64,000 nucleotides of DNA from Nanobdellota archaeon (GCA_018815925.1 JAHIWS010000020.1:23993-87992), one strand, 5' to 3'. Counted from the first letter of the stretch, positions 8,685-19,727 are shown. The notes: generated by a model from the letters alone, not told the origin. A program made the numbers and translations.

Positions 8685-9836
8685 GTGCATTCTTGGTACT
8701 TTACAGGCTTAATTCCAGGAATCCACATAAATCTTGTAGGGGTTTCTATTGTTTCTTTATCAGCATCTTTACTAGCATCTATAAACCCTCTTTATCTTTT
8801 GATTTTTATTGTTGCAACGGCAATCACCCACACTTTTCTTGATTTTATTCCTAGTGTTTTTTTAGGATGCCCAGACACAGACACAGAACTTTCAATTTTA
8901 CCGGGCCATGAACTTTTAAAAAAAGGCCAAGGATATTCTGCAATAATGCTAACTGCCTATGGGAGTCTAGCAGCAATATTTTTATTACTTATTATTACTT
9001 GGCCTTCAATAATAATTATTTCAAAAATACAAAACATTCTTCCAATAATAATTCCAGGATTATTAGTATTAGCTACTCTTTTTTTAATTTCAACAGAAAA
9101 AAATAAATCAAAGGCGATATTTGCCTTTCTCTTAACAGGAATCTTAGGATTAATTATTTTAAATTTAGAAAAAGTTGACCAACCTCTTCTTCCTTTATTA
9201 ACAGGATTATTTGGAGGGGCAACAATTTTATTATCTATAAAAAACAAAACCCAAATTCCCAAACAAACTCTTAAACTAACAAAAACTAAAATTTCCAAAC
9301 CCATCTTAGGAGCTTTAATAGCATCCCCAATATGCTCTTTTCTTCCAGGTTTAGGATCAGGACAAGCAGCAATCATAGGAAATTCAATTGCCCAAACAAA
9401 TAAAAAAGGTTTTCTAATTTTATTAGGTGCAACAAATACTTTAGTAATGGGTTTTTCTTTTATCTCATTGTATGCAATATTAAAAACAAGAACAGGAGCA
9501 GCATCAGCAATTAAAGAAATTTTGGGAACCTTGGAAACAAATTATTTAATTTTAATCCTGTTAGTAATTTTAATTTCAGGAGTAATTTCTTTTTATTTAA
9601 CAAAAAACTTAGCAAAATTCTTTTCACACAAAATAACAAAAATAAATTACACAAAAATTTCCCTAGCGACCCTATTAATATTAACACTAATTGTTGTCTT
9701 AGTTTCAGGTTTTTGGGGCTTGCTGATTTTAATAATCTCAACTCTAACAGGAATCTATTGCATCAAACTAAAAGTAAAAAGAACTCTTATGATGGGTTGT
9801 CTAATGTTACAGACGATTTTATGGTATTTGTTTTAA
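8685..9836 (+). CDS. Tripartite tricarboxylate transporter TctA-like (DUF112) membrane protein, 5'-truncated or frameshifted
   Basis: FTGLIPGIHIN, FLDFIPSVFLG, LSILPGH, FLPGLGSGQAA motifs; the first TM helix is missing. Confidence 0.8.
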   Translation: MHSWYFTGLIPGIHINLVGVSIVSLSASLLASINPLYLLIFIVATAITHTFLDFIPSVFLGCPDTDTELSILPGHELLKKGQGYSAIMLTAYGSLAAIFLLLIITWPSIIIISKIQNILPIIIPGLLVLATLFLISTEKNKSKAIFAFLLTGILGLIILNLEKVDQPLLPLLTGLFGGATILLSIKNKTQIPKQTLKLTKTKISKPILGALIASPICSFLPGLGSGQAAIIGNSIAQTNKKGFLILLGATNTLVMGFSFISLYAILKTRTGAASAIKEILGTLETNYLILILLVILISGVISFYLTKNLAKFFSHKITKINYTKISLATLLILTLIVVLVSGFWGLLILIISTLTGIYCIKLKVKRTLMMGCLMLQTILWYLF

Positions 9837-11245
9837 GCTTCAACCTCTCTCCAACAGCCAGGACACAAATTCTCTGCAGGCAAACCAACTGCCTCAACCA
9901 TATCATTAAAATATTGAAATTTCAGACTAGTCAAACCTAAATCCATCCTAATAACTTCCACCATCCGGCCATATTTTTCAGAGTTCTCATCTGTATAAGA
10001 TGTAATATCAAAAACATCTCTACCTTCAACTTTTTTCATTGCTCTTCTAGTAGCTAAATCCATTATTGATTTTGATCTTGAAAAATTTAAAAAATTACAA
10101 GCATGTGTCAAAGGTGGACAAGAAATCCTGGCATGAACCTCTGTTGCACCATGTTTAAACAATTCTCGAACCTTTTCTTTTAATTGTGTTCCTCTAACAA
10201 TAGAATCTTCTGTAATTATAATTTTTTTATTTTTAATAATTCTCCTATTTCCAATTAATTTATACTCTGCAACTAAATCCCTTATTTTTTGATCTTGAGG
10301 CATAAAACTCCTCCCCCATGTCGGAGTATACTTTACAAAACCCCTCTCATAAGGCAAACCACTCTTATTACTATATCCTATCCCGCTCCCAACACCAGAA
10401 TCAGGGATTCCAAAAACAAAATCAACATCAAACCCTCCCTCATCTAAATCTCTTTGAGCAAGAAATTCTCCAAATTGATACCTAATTTGTTCAGCATTAA
10501 CCCCTTCATAACAAGAAGTAGGAAAACCATAATAAATTGGTAAAAAAGTACATAATTGTAATTTATTTCTAGGTTCTTTCAACTGCCTATACACTTCATT
10601 TGTCAAAAGCCCAATTTCTCCAGGCCCTAAATCTTTTTCAAATTCAAAACCAAGATTTTCAAAAGCAGTAGTTTCAGAAGTAGCAGCCATACTGCCAAGC
10701 TTTCTTCCAACAACAATAGGAGTCCTACCAGATTTATCTCTAGCAAGATAAATTCCCTCTTTAGTAAGTAACATTAATGAAGAACTTCCCTTAATCTCAT
10801 TTTGCATAATCTCAATACCCTCAACAAAACTTTTTCCTTGAGAAATTAGATTAGCAATTAACTCAACTTGATTAAATTCTTCCTCAGTATTTTCAATAAA
10901 ATTTTTTCCTTTTTCAAGCTCTCTTAAAGCAAGTTTCTCTAAATTTGCAATTTTTCCAACATGTGCTAACGCATAATTCCCTAAATGTGATTTAATTTTA
11001 AATGGTTGCACTTCATAATCACTAACAACCCCAATTCCACTCCTGGCCTTAACATTTTCTTTAAAATTAAAAAGCTGGGGTCTAAAAGGATAAAGCCCAA
11101 TACTTTTTATCTTATAGTGAATATCTTTCCTATCATAAACAGCCATCCCTCCAATTTTAGTTCCCAAATGAAACTGGTAATCTGTTCCATAAAACAAATC
11201 ATCTACACAATTTCGATCTGAAACAATTCCAAATATCCCTGACAT
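9833..11245 (-). CDS. purF: Amidophosphoribosyltransferase-like protein
   Basis: Ntn glutaminase domain plus PRTase motif IITEDSIVRGT, GIPDSG, RSFMP, C-terminal LCPGCW. Confidence 0.85.
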   Translation of the reverse strand: MSGIFGIVSDRNCVDDLFYGTDYQFHLGTKIGGMAVYDRKDIHYKIKSIGLYPFRPQLFNFKENVKARSGIGVVSDYEVQPFKIKSHLGNYALAHVGKIANLEKLALRELEKGKNFIENTEEEFNQVELIANLISQGKSFVEGIEIMQNEIKGSSSLMLLTKEGIYLARDKSGRTPIVVGRKLGSMAATSETTAFENLGFEFEKDLGPGEIGLLTNEVYRQLKEPRNKLQLCTFLPIYYGFPTSCYEGVNAEQIRYQFGEFLAQRDLDEGGFDVDFVFGIPDSGVGSGIGYSNKSGLPYERGFVKYTPTWGRSFMPQDQKIRDLVAEYKLIGNRRIIKNKKIIITEDSIVRGTQLKEKVRELFKHGATEVHARISCPPLTHACNFLNFSRSKSIMDLATRRAMKKVEGRDVFDITSYTDENSEKYGRMVEVIRMDLGLTSLKFQYFNDMVEAVGLPAENLCPGCWREVEA

Positions 11246-11297
11246 AAAAACAAAAATTCAACCCCTCTTTTAAATTAAATTGTGGTAAAATAGGTAA

Positions 11298-14200
11298 TTA
11301 AACCCATTCTCCTAAACCTGTTTGTTTTTCAGCTTCCTTACCAAAAATACTATCAATATATCCTTTAACAAGTTCAAGGTTTTGTTTTACATAGGGTGAA
11401 AGATTATACTGCTTGGCTAAATTAAGCGCAGGTTCTAAATACTTTTTAATTCCACCTTCATGAACTGTAAAAATTATTTTACCTCCACACTTAGGACAAA
11501 TCCCTGTTAAAGGAGGCCTCCTTAAAATCTCATTGCAAGCAACACACCTAAATTCTTGGGTAGAAAACTTTCTTAAATTCCCCCTAAGATCTTTCATAAA
11601 ATGTCTTTCAATTACTAACCTTGCTGTATCTGAAGTGTCGACAGCCCTTATTTTCTCAACTAACTCCATTTGATGTTTAAGTTTTTCTTGCATTGTTCCA
11701 AGACTTTTATAAGAAGAACATCTTATTCCTTTATTAAAATCAAAGGTATCATGTGTATAACCCATTCCAATAAAAGGATTTTCTCCTTTGTCCAATAAAC
11801 TTTTAACATTTTTTATTTTTACTTCAGACGAGTGTTTTTTTTGTTCAGCAGCCCGATAAAGTTCTAAAGGATAGCTCTTTACAAATTCAAAATCTAAAAT
11901 CTGATCATCTACTTCCCCTGCATCAATTTTTGCATTTAAAACTAATGGAGCATCTTGGGTTCCTCCTCTGTGGCTTGGCAAAAACTGTCTTGAAAAATTT
12001 AACAAAACATCGCCCAACAACATCACAGCCATTTCATCACCATCACAATCTCTTCTAATAGCCGCGTGCATATAAGGAGAAGCTAAAAGCCCAAGAGTTT
12101 TTGAAAAACCAATAAATCTACAAATTACTCCTGCACAATTATGGGGTGCCATACACACACCCATTTTACCTATTAAGTCATCCCTATTTTTTACATTATA
12201 AAAAGGTTTTAATTTGTAAAACCTAACAAGTTCCTCATCAACAAAATTAGCAACCCTAATAAAAACATCATCAGCTTTTTCATCAGGTGTATCAGGAGAA
12301 CTTGGAAGAAGAATATCATGAGGCATTAATTCTATTATTTGTTCTTCATTTACAATATCTTTTCCATCTATATCCTTAACATACCCCAGGTCCCTTAATT
12401 TTTCAACATCCACACCTATTTCCCTTGGTTTAAATGCAACCAAAGGAAGTTCAGTAGCATCAAACCTAATTGTCCCATCTTTATTTACTTGCAGCTCATT
12501 TCTTGCTCTTAAAATGCCTTTAGAAAGATTTTCCATCATATGTCCCTCTGAACTCGTACCTCTAACCCCTTTAATTAACAAAGGTATTTCTGTTTTTGAA
12601 AGCCCAAGATTTCCAACTGCTTCATTAAAAAAATGATTTATGTCCAAAGAAAAAGTACAATAAGTTTGTTTATATTCATGTTCTTCACAAGCAACAAAAC
12701 TTTTTTCCTTGCACCTAGGACAATAATACATTTTTCGAGTTTTACACCCGCAAATTTCACAAACAGAATAAATTGTTTCTTTTTTACACTTATCACAATT
12801 GTAAATTGGAAATGCACTTCTAACACTCCCTTGCTCACAAGCAGCCTGAATACTCCTTAATCTTCCTCCTTCTTTTCCAACAGGAAATAAAACATTTGGG
12901 CTTCCAACAAGTTTCCTAAGTTTTGCTTTTTCAGGGCGCCCCATTCGTGCCCCAATAAATTCTCCTGATTTATCTCTAATTTCAAACTCAGAAACAGAAT
13001 TAACAATCTCCAAAATATTTTTACCAGATTTGAATTTATTTTCATCCATAAAATCCCTTAATAAATTTTTTTTATTGCAAACAAGTTCAAAATCAAGACC
13101 AAGATTAGCCAATAAAGCTTTACTATGTTCTTTATTTAAAACAACATTTTCAATTGTAACCACATGTTCTATACCTAATAATTCCAAAGCTCGCTTTCCT
13201 TGCTTAAAATTTTCTTGATCTATTTTTGCATATGGAAAAATTATTTTTCCATCAATCTTTGAAACTTTTAACCATTCAATAAGATTAAAAAATTCTAAAG
13301 GAGAAATTTCCTTCCAATAAAAAATATAATTTGGGTGCAAAGAAATCTCAAATTCCCTGCTTATTTTAACAGCCGTATCAAAATCTATATTAAAAAAATT
13401 TAAATTTCTTGAAAATTCTTTATCTTTCTCTTGTAATTCCAACCCCCACCACTCTTCAACATATCCTGGTTTAATCAAATCAGCATTTCTGTTTGCAACA
13501 TCACTAAAAGGAAAAAGAATGTCCCCTAGATAAATAATCTCCTCTACATCAGGGTAAAATAATTTTGCTTCTTCAATTGATTTTAATTTTTTTACACTTC
13601 CATTAAATAATTTAACTATAGGCCCATCTATCTGATCACAAACCGTGATTGCTGCCCCTTTAGTTGGTTTTTCAATCTTTAATTGACTTCCAATAGCCAA
13701 AAAACTATCTGTTATTGCCATTGTAGCAGGGTGTACAGAAGCTGCACTAAATCCAGACACCCTTCCCCTTCCATACCTAAATCTAAACGCTCCTGATCTT
13801 GAAGGATGCCCAAAAACAGGTCTTCCAGCAACAAGATCTTTAATATAAGTTGGGGAATCAAGTGCCTTTCCCACATCCCTTTTTTCATGAATTTTAATAT
13901 ACTCTTCAAGAAAATCAAAACCAGTGGATTTAAATCCTCTTTTTTTTAAACTTGTCAAAAGCCTAAAACCTTTTGCAGCTTTTTGAGCCAAACCTTCTCC
14001 AAGAATTAAACAAAATCCACTCCTCAAATAATTAGTTTCAACTCTTTCTAAATTTTTATAATTAGATACTTCAAGTTTTTCAGAAGGATCTCCTGAAACT
14101 TGGATAGGAAGATTCTTTGCTAAAAAAAGTGTTTCTTCTTCTGTAGGCATATATTGGAGATTAGTGATTCTATCATGAAAATCAGAGAGTTCTGTAAATA

Positions 14201-14759
14201 CTCTTTTTATTTCTTCCTCTGAAGGATCATGTTTTTCATACCCAAACATTTCTCTAAGATAATCTATTAAAATCAAAACCATACAACTTGCAGTAGTTCC
14301 TGCACTTCGTATTGGTCCTGAAAAACCTGCAACAAAATAATCCTTGCCTTGTCTTGTTTTTCTAAGTTTTAACCCAGTATAACCTTCAATTGGGCTTGAA
14401 ACAACACCTAAAGTAAGGTATGCAAAACCAACCCTAACACCTGCATCAATTGCCTCAAGCAAATCTTTAAATTTACAAAATTTTTGTTTTGCAACCTCTT
14501 CTGCAATTTTAAATGCAACAGCCACATCTAATTTCCCATATTCTTTTTCAAGACCTAAAATCCTTTTTGCAATACTAGATTCTTCCATCTGAGGATAAAT
14601 AGTAGATATTAACCCTACAACCTTTTCTGCCATACTCATAGCAAGAGGAATCTCAACCTTATCTACAGGATCTAATCCTTTAGCCCTAGCTTCCTCTGCA
14701 ACTTCATAAACTCCTTTGACCCCCTCTTCAATCATCTTAAAATATTTTTGAGTGTTCAT
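11298..14759 (-). CDS. polC: DNA polymerase II (PolD) large subunit DP2
   Basis: GVVSSPIEG, GPIRSAGTT, RMGRPEKAK, catalytic RRDCDGDE, C-terminal Zn finger. Confidence 0.97.
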   Translation of the reverse strand: MNTQKYFKMIEEGVKGVYEVAEEARAKGLDPVDKVEIPLAMSMAEKVVGLISTIYPQMEESSIAKRILGLEKEYGKLDVAVAFKIAEEVAKQKFCKFKDLLEAIDAGVRVGFAYLTLGVVSSPIEGYTGLKLRKTRQGKDYFVAGFSGPIRSAGTTASCMVLILIDYLREMFGYEKHDPSEEEIKRVFTELSDFHDRITNLQYMPTEEETLFLAKNLPIQVSGDPSEKLEVSNYKNLERVETNYLRSGFCLILGEGLAQKAAKGFRLLTSLKKRGFKSTGFDFLEEYIKIHEKRDVGKALDSPTYIKDLVAGRPVFGHPSRSGAFRFRYGRGRVSGFSAASVHPATMAITDSFLAIGSQLKIEKPTKGAAITVCDQIDGPIVKLFNGSVKKLKSIEEAKLFYPDVEEIIYLGDILFPFSDVANRNADLIKPGYVEEWWGLELQEKDKEFSRNLNFFNIDFDTAVKISREFEISLHPNYIFYWKEISPLEFFNLIEWLKVSKIDGKIIFPYAKIDQENFKQGKRALELLGIEHVVTIENVVLNKEHSKALLANLGLDFELVCNKKNLLRDFMDENKFKSGKNILEIVNSVSEFEIRDKSGEFIGARMGRPEKAKLRKLVGSPNVLFPVGKEGGRLRSIQAACEQGSVRSAFPIYNCDKCKKETIYSVCEICGCKTRKMYYCPRCKEKSFVACEEHEYKQTYCTFSLDINHFFNEAVGNLGLSKTEIPLLIKGVRGTSSEGHMMENLSKGILRARNELQVNKDGTIRFDATELPLVAFKPREIGVDVEKLRDLGYVKDIDGKDIVNEEQIIELMPHDILLPSSPDTPDEKADDVFIRVANFVDEELVRFYKLKPFYNVKNRDDLIGKMGVCMAPHNCAGVICRFIGFSKTLGLLASPYMHAAIRRDCDGDEMAVMLLGDVLLNFSRQFLPSHRGGTQDAPLVLNAKIDAGEVDDQILDFEFVKSYPLELYRAAEQKKHSSEVKIKNVKSLLDKGENPFIGMGYTHDTFDFNKGIRCSSYKSLGTMQEKLKHQMELVEKIRAVDTSDTARLVIERHFMKDLRGNLRKFSTQEFRCVACNEILRRPPLTGICPKCGGKIIFTVHEGGIKKYLEPALNLAKQYNLSPYVKQNLELVKGYIDSIFGKEAEKQTGLGEWV

Positions 14760-15337
14760 TTTAATTTCTCCAAGATTTCATACCAATCCTCAACTCTCTC
14801 GACATTATCAGGCAAACCATCTCCCTGATTCCAAGGTTTATCTAATAAAAAAACACCTATTCCTTTTTCAGCACAATCTAAACCATAAATTTCATTGTCA
14901 TCTACTAAAAAATCTACTTTTTTCTCTAAACATATTTCAGCCTTGCTTCCATTTTCAGTAGGGTGGATACCCCCTGAATAAAAAATAGGGGTGTTAAAAT
15001 TATTAAGATTCCTTTTGAAAAAACTTTCTGTTTCTCTTGAAACCTCCTTAGATCTTGAAGTAACAAAACAAGAAATATGTTTTTTATTTAAATCCTCAAA
15101 AACGTTTTTAAAATCAGAATAAAGGACCCTATCTTCAAAAAAACTAGTTTTCCTAAAATCTACAAGCAAATCTCTAAAAGAATCTTTATCTAACCCCAAA
15201 CACTTCCAAATTTCAGAAGAATTTATATCTTCAAAAGAATAATTGGTATTAAATCCCCTATTATAATATATAAGAAAAGGTTTCACAAAATCCACCACAG
15301 TATCATCCACATCAATTGCTATCTTCATCTTCCTCAA
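14756..15337 (-). CDS. HAD-family 5'-nucleotidase (NT5C-like)
   Basis: IAIDVDDT, FVTSR, SKAEIC..FLVDD, KPWN motifs. Confidence 0.85.
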   Translation of the reverse strand: MRKMKIAIDVDDTVVDFVKPFLIYYNRGFNTNYSFEDINSSEIWKCLGLDKDSFRDLLVDFRKTSFFEDRVLYSDFKNVFEDLNKKHISCFVTSRSKEVSRETESFFKRNLNNFNTPIFYSGGIHPTENGSKAEICLEKKVDFLVDDNEIYGLDCAEKGIGVFLLDKPWNQGDGLPDNVERVEDWYEILEKLK

Positions 15338-16898
15338 AATCCAAAATTTTAATTGCGCGAGTTTTTAAATTTAAAAGAGGAACCTTGCAATGATCAGGTT
15401 CATTTCCAAATTTTTCCTGATAGGGTGTCTTTCCCTCCCAACATGAAGCAGAAATCATCAAAATATTATTATAATAAGAAATCCCACTTTTATGCATATG
15501 TCCTGCAAAAAAAATATCAGGAACATCTCTAATAAGGTGTGCATCTTTTTCAAAAGGATAATACTGAACAGACTTGTGTGTAGGGGCAAGATGCCTATTT
15601 TTTAAAAGATATTTCATTATTTTTTCAGGACTATTTGCTGCTTTTTGTAACATGAGTTTTGGAATATTATTAACATAAAATGGAAAAGAAAATCCGTGAT
15701 AACATAAAACATTGAAACCAGGAAAATTAATTTTTGCCCCTATATTAACTGTTGATGGATTTTGAATAAGAATGACATTTTCCAATTCAGATATTGCCCA
15801 AGCATATCTTTTGTCTAAAATAGGTTGGGGTTCCATTAACCTAACACAATCATGATTCCCAGGACAAATAATTATCTTAATATCTTTTCTTATTTTTCCA
15901 AGAAGTTCTGCCAACTCGGAAAATTGTTCTTCCAAATTTTTAATTTTAAGGTCTCTTTCTTGATTAGGATAATTACCTATGCCTGTAACAAGATCACCCC
16001 CAACAAACAAATATTTTATTTTTTCTACTTCAGATGTATTAGGAAGCTTTCCACTTAAATAAGTAATAAATTTCAAAAAACTTTTTTCTAAAAACTTTTT
16101 ACTCCCAAAATGCAAATCTCCAATAAATAAAGCATATTCTTCTACAGGAGAGTTTTTTCTTTCTAAAAGCATAGATTCAGGAAAAATAATATCATTTACA
16201 AAAAAAATCTCCCTATTACCAACACCCTTAAAACCCAAAACAGAATCAAGAGCTATATCTTCTGCCTTTTGATACAAATCTTTTTTAGATGCATTAATTA
16301 AAACTTTTATTTTTCCAGTTAAATCTTCTACTTCTAACAAAATATTTTTATTTTTTGTTGTTCTCTTACTAGAAACAAGCCCTATAATAGAAACACCCTG
16401 CCTATTTCCTGAAATTTTATTTATGGATACAAGGTTTCCTAGCTCAGAATGTTCTTCTAAAATTTCCCTCATATCTTTAAATCTTGTCTTAAAATATTTA
16501 ACAAAATCTTTTACTTCAAGTTTTTTATTCTTTTGAATTTCAACAGGAAAAACCTTTACACCCTCTATAGCAGGTTGATTGCAAACTTCTTCCTCGATAG
16601 GTTCTACACAAACAGATGTTTCTTTTGAAATCTCAATACTCAACCCAAGTTTTATTTTAAGTTTTTCTAGTTTTTTTTGTTTTTCTTTTGGAAGAGTCAA
16701 AAAAACCTTGCTTACGCCCTCCATATTATTCTCAAAAATGTTTTTGGTTATTATCTTCTGTTGAGTATAGCTTCCCAATCTATCAATGATGAGTTTTATA
16801 GATTCTACATCCTCTACACCACTAAACAAACCTAAAACATCCTTATCCAATAAAAATCCTTTTTTTAGACAAAATCTTAAAATTTCTTTATTATCCAT
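15312..16898 (-). CDS. polB: DNA polymerase II small subunit DP1
   Basis: OB fold plus calcineurin-like motifs GDLHFGS, GDLVTG, PGNHD, YHG, GHMH. Confidence 0.95.
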   Translation of the reverse strand: MDNKEILRFCLKKGFLLDKDVLGLFSGVEDVESIKLIIDRLGSYTQQKIITKNIFENNMEGVSKVFLTLPKEKQKKLEKLKIKLGLSIEISKETSVCVEPIEEEVCNQPAIEGVKVFPVEIQKNKKLEVKDFVKYFKTRFKDMREILEEHSELGNLVSINKISGNRQGVSIIGLVSSKRTTKNKNILLEVEDLTGKIKVLINASKKDLYQKAEDIALDSVLGFKGVGNREIFFVNDIIFPESMLLERKNSPVEEYALFIGDLHFGSKKFLEKSFLKFITYLSGKLPNTSEVEKIKYLFVGGDLVTGIGNYPNQERDLKIKNLEEQFSELAELLGKIRKDIKIIICPGNHDCVRLMEPQPILDKRYAWAISELENVILIQNPSTVNIGAKINFPGFNVLCYHGFSFPFYVNNIPKLMLQKAANSPEKIMKYLLKNRHLAPTHKSVQYYPFEKDAHLIRDVPDIFFAGHMHKSGISYYNNILMISASCWEGKTPYQEKFGNEPDHCKVPLLNLKTRAIKILDFEEDEDSN

Positions 16899-16900
16899 TT

Positions 16901-18115
16901 TTAATTATAATTTAAAGAATGTTCAATTATCTCTTTTGCTTTTTCAATTATATTCCTACCAATTGCTAATTTTATTTCCCTCATTCTCCCTCCTCTCCCT
17001 TTAGAAATAACCTTGACATTAATAATTCCCAACATATCAAACTCCTGAATAATATCACTAACCCTTCTCTGGGTTAAAACTTCTAACTTATTCCTTATGC
17101 AAATGTCTTGATAAAGATTATAAACATCACCTGTAAAAATAGGGTTTTCTTTTTGTTTGTCTGATAATTTAATTATGGCACCTAAGACAACTTGAAACTG
17201 TTTAGGTTCAGAATCTATAACTTCTAAAATCTTATCCTTTTCTATCTTATCATTAGCTTCATCTATATGTTTTAATAGAATTTTTTCTGAGTTATCTCGC
17301 TCTGCTAATTCTCCTGCAACTCTTAGTAAATCTAAAGCCCTCCTTGCATCTCCATGTTCTCTAGCAGCATATGCAGCACACTTAGCTATCACACCTTCTT
17401 TAACTACCTCTGGTTTAAAAGTCAATTCTGATCTTTTTTTTAAAATTTCTTGGAGCTGCATAGCATTATAAGGGGAAAAAACTATTTCTTCCTCAGATAA
17501 AGAACTTCTAACCCTAGGATCAATCTCCTCTAAAAAAGTAAGATCATTACTAATTCCTACAATACAAATCTGGGTTTTAGATAGTTCAGAATTTAACCTA
17601 GTTAAATTATACAAAAAATCATTAGAAATTTTTTTGACTGTTTGATCAATCTCATCAAGGATAAGAACCAGCAATTGTTTTTCCGAATCAATAAGTTCTA
17701 TGAATTTACTATAAACAGCCTGTGTCGGAAGACCTGTAGAAGGAACCTCTCCACCTAATTTTTTAATAAGTTCTGCTAAAATCCTATATTCTGTGTCAGA
17801 AATTTTTTTTAATTTGCAATTTAAATATTCTATTCTAAGTTTAAAATCAGCATCTTTTTTTACCCTTTTCAAAAGTTCATCTTTGACATATTGTATTGAA
17901 AGGGTTTTTCCTGTACCTGTTTTCCCAAATAAAAATAAATTACTAGTTTTTTCACCTCTCAAAGCAGGAGCCAATATAGAAGCAACTTGTTTTATTTGTT
18001 CTCCTCTATGTAATATCTCTTCAGGCCTATGATTTGACTGTAAAATTGATTTATTTTTAAAAATCTTATTCTTATCAAAAGACTCAAAAATACCTTCTAA
18101 TTCCTCTTTCATCAT
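16901..18115 (-). CDS. cdc6: Orc1/Cdc6 replication initiator
   Basis: GKTGTGKT, ILDEID, HGDARRALDLLR, C-terminal winged helix. Confidence 0.97.
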   Translation of the reverse strand: MMKEELEGIFESFDKNKIFKNKSILQSNHRPEEILHRGEQIKQVASILAPALRGEKTSNLFLFGKTGTGKTLSIQYVKDELLKRVKKDADFKLRIEYLNCKLKKISDTEYRILAELIKKLGGEVPSTGLPTQAVYSKFIELIDSEKQLLVLILDEIDQTVKKISNDFLYNLTRLNSELSKTQICIVGISNDLTFLEEIDPRVRSSLSEEEIVFSPYNAMQLQEILKKRSELTFKPEVVKEGVIAKCAAYAAREHGDARRALDLLRVAGELAERDNSEKILLKHIDEANDKIEKDKILEVIDSEPKQFQVVLGAIIKLSDKQKENPIFTGDVYNLYQDICIRNKLEVLTQRRVSDIIQEFDMLGIINVKVISKGRGGRMREIKLAIGRNIIEKAKEIIEHSLNYN

Positions 18116-18194
18116 TTTAAAACAATACCCCTTTATTAATAAGATTTATATTCTTTAATCCTCATTAAAAAATTTACCTATTATAAAAGTTCTT

Positions 18195-18540
<346 letters not shown>

Positions 18541-18628
18541 TATTGATAAAAAAGAGAGATAATAGACTCTTGTAAATACTATATACCTTTACAGAAAAAT
18601 TTATAAATTGTTTCTCTCTTGCTTTGTT

Positions 18629-18889
18629 ATGCAAACTGAAAAAAATCCCTTTAGTGCTATATTGGGAAAAATGATAGTGACAAAAGAAGGAAAAAGATTA
18701 GGTTTTGTTAAAGATATAACTTTTGAAACACGATCAGGAGAATTAATTAATCTTGTAGTAAAAGATCCAACCCCTTATACTAAAAATCTTAATCTTGAAA
18801 AAACATCTTCTAATGATCTTTTAATTCCTTATAGTGCAATAATAGCCATAGGTGATTTTGTTATTGTTTCTGAAGAGGATTTAATTTAA
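18629..18889 (+). CDS. PRC-barrel domain protein (family includes archaeal CdpB division proteins)
   Basis: GKMIVTKEGKRLGFVKDITFETRSGEL...IPYSAIIAIGDFVIV. Confidence 0.85.
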   Translation: MQTEKNPFSAILGKMIVTKEGKRLGFVKDITFETRSGELINLVVKDPTPYTKNLNLEKTSSNDLLIPYSAIIAIGDFVIVSEEDLI

Positions 18890-18930
18890 TTTACACAAAT
18901 ATTTAAAAACACACTTTTTATTTAAATAAA

Positions 18931-19362
18931 ATGAAACTTTTAGGATTTAATTTTACTAAAATAAGCATAGAGAAAAAAGATACAAGAGTAGATAAATTAA
19001 AAATAAACACTAAAATAGATCTTAAAGAGATTAAAGAAGTAGAACAAGGTTTATTTAAAACAAAAGAAAAACTAATTGCAATTAATTTTAATTATTCTAT
19101 AGAATATGAACCTGAATTTGCAAAGATATATTTTGAAGGGGGTTTTGTAATTTCTCTAGAATCAAAAGATGCTAAAGAACTTTTAAAACAATGGGAAGAA
19201 AAAAAGACACCTGATGATATTAGGATTAAAATTTTTAATATTATCCTAAGGAAAACAAATGTAAAAGCACTACAATTAGAGGAAGAAATAGGGTTACCTT
19301 TTCATGTTTCTATGCCTATCATAAGAAAACAAGACCCAACAAACCAAAATACAGAAACATAG
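18931..19362 (+). CDS. Hypothetical protein (possibly SecB-like fold)
   Basis: Clean 143-aa ORF; beta-rich N-terminus and helical C-terminus ending in IGLPFHVSMP. Confidence 0.5.
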   Translation: MKLLGFNFTKISIEKKDTRVDKLKINTKIDLKEIKEVEQGLFKTKEKLIAINFNYSIEYEPEFAKIYFEGGFVISLESKDAKELLKQWEEKKTPDDIRIKIFNIILRKTNVKALQLEEEIGLPFHVSMPIIRKQDPTNQNTET

Positions 19363-19396
19363 GAAGAATTTTAAGTTATATTTCTTTTTATTTCTT

Positions 19397-19672
19397 ATGA
19401 AAATATCTAATATAAAAAGAGAAAAAATTTCAGAGCAAATTTTAGCATACCTTTACTCAATAAGCCCAAAACCAGCATTTACATCTCATATTGCGAGGGA
19501 AATTGCTAGGGATGAAGAATTCATTAAAGACCTCCTTTTTGAGCTTAAGAAGAAAAATCTAATCTTAGACATAAAAAAAAATGCCTTTGGATTACCCTAT
19601 AAACGAAGATTAAGATGGAAATTGAGTAATTCAGCTTACAATTTCTACAGACAACACCAACATCCTAATTAG
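19397..19672 (+). CDS. Small winged-helix protein
   Basis: ILAYLY...FTSHIAREIARDEEFIKDLLFELKKKNLI. Confidence 0.65.
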   Translation: MKISNIKREKISEQILAYLYSISPKPAFTSHIAREIARDEEFIKDLLFELKKKNLILDIKKNAFGLPYKRRLRWKLSNSAYNFYRQHQHPN

Positions 19673-19727
19673 TTTTTATATTTTTGACAATACTAAAATA
19701 TTTATACTTCTTGTTTTACTATTATTT

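Larger units (their letters stand above)
1..8700. mobile_element. Integrated virus-like or satellite element (left end outside window)
   Basis: Terminase genes, primase-helicase, divergent HTH switch, MTase; GGAG/GAGG SD-like motifs before several genes; abrupt junction with truncated tctA near 8700. Confidence 0.8.

Noticed and set aside
11298-14759. Intein in PolD DP2
   Set aside because: Length is typical and no intein splice or LAGLIDADG motifs are visible.
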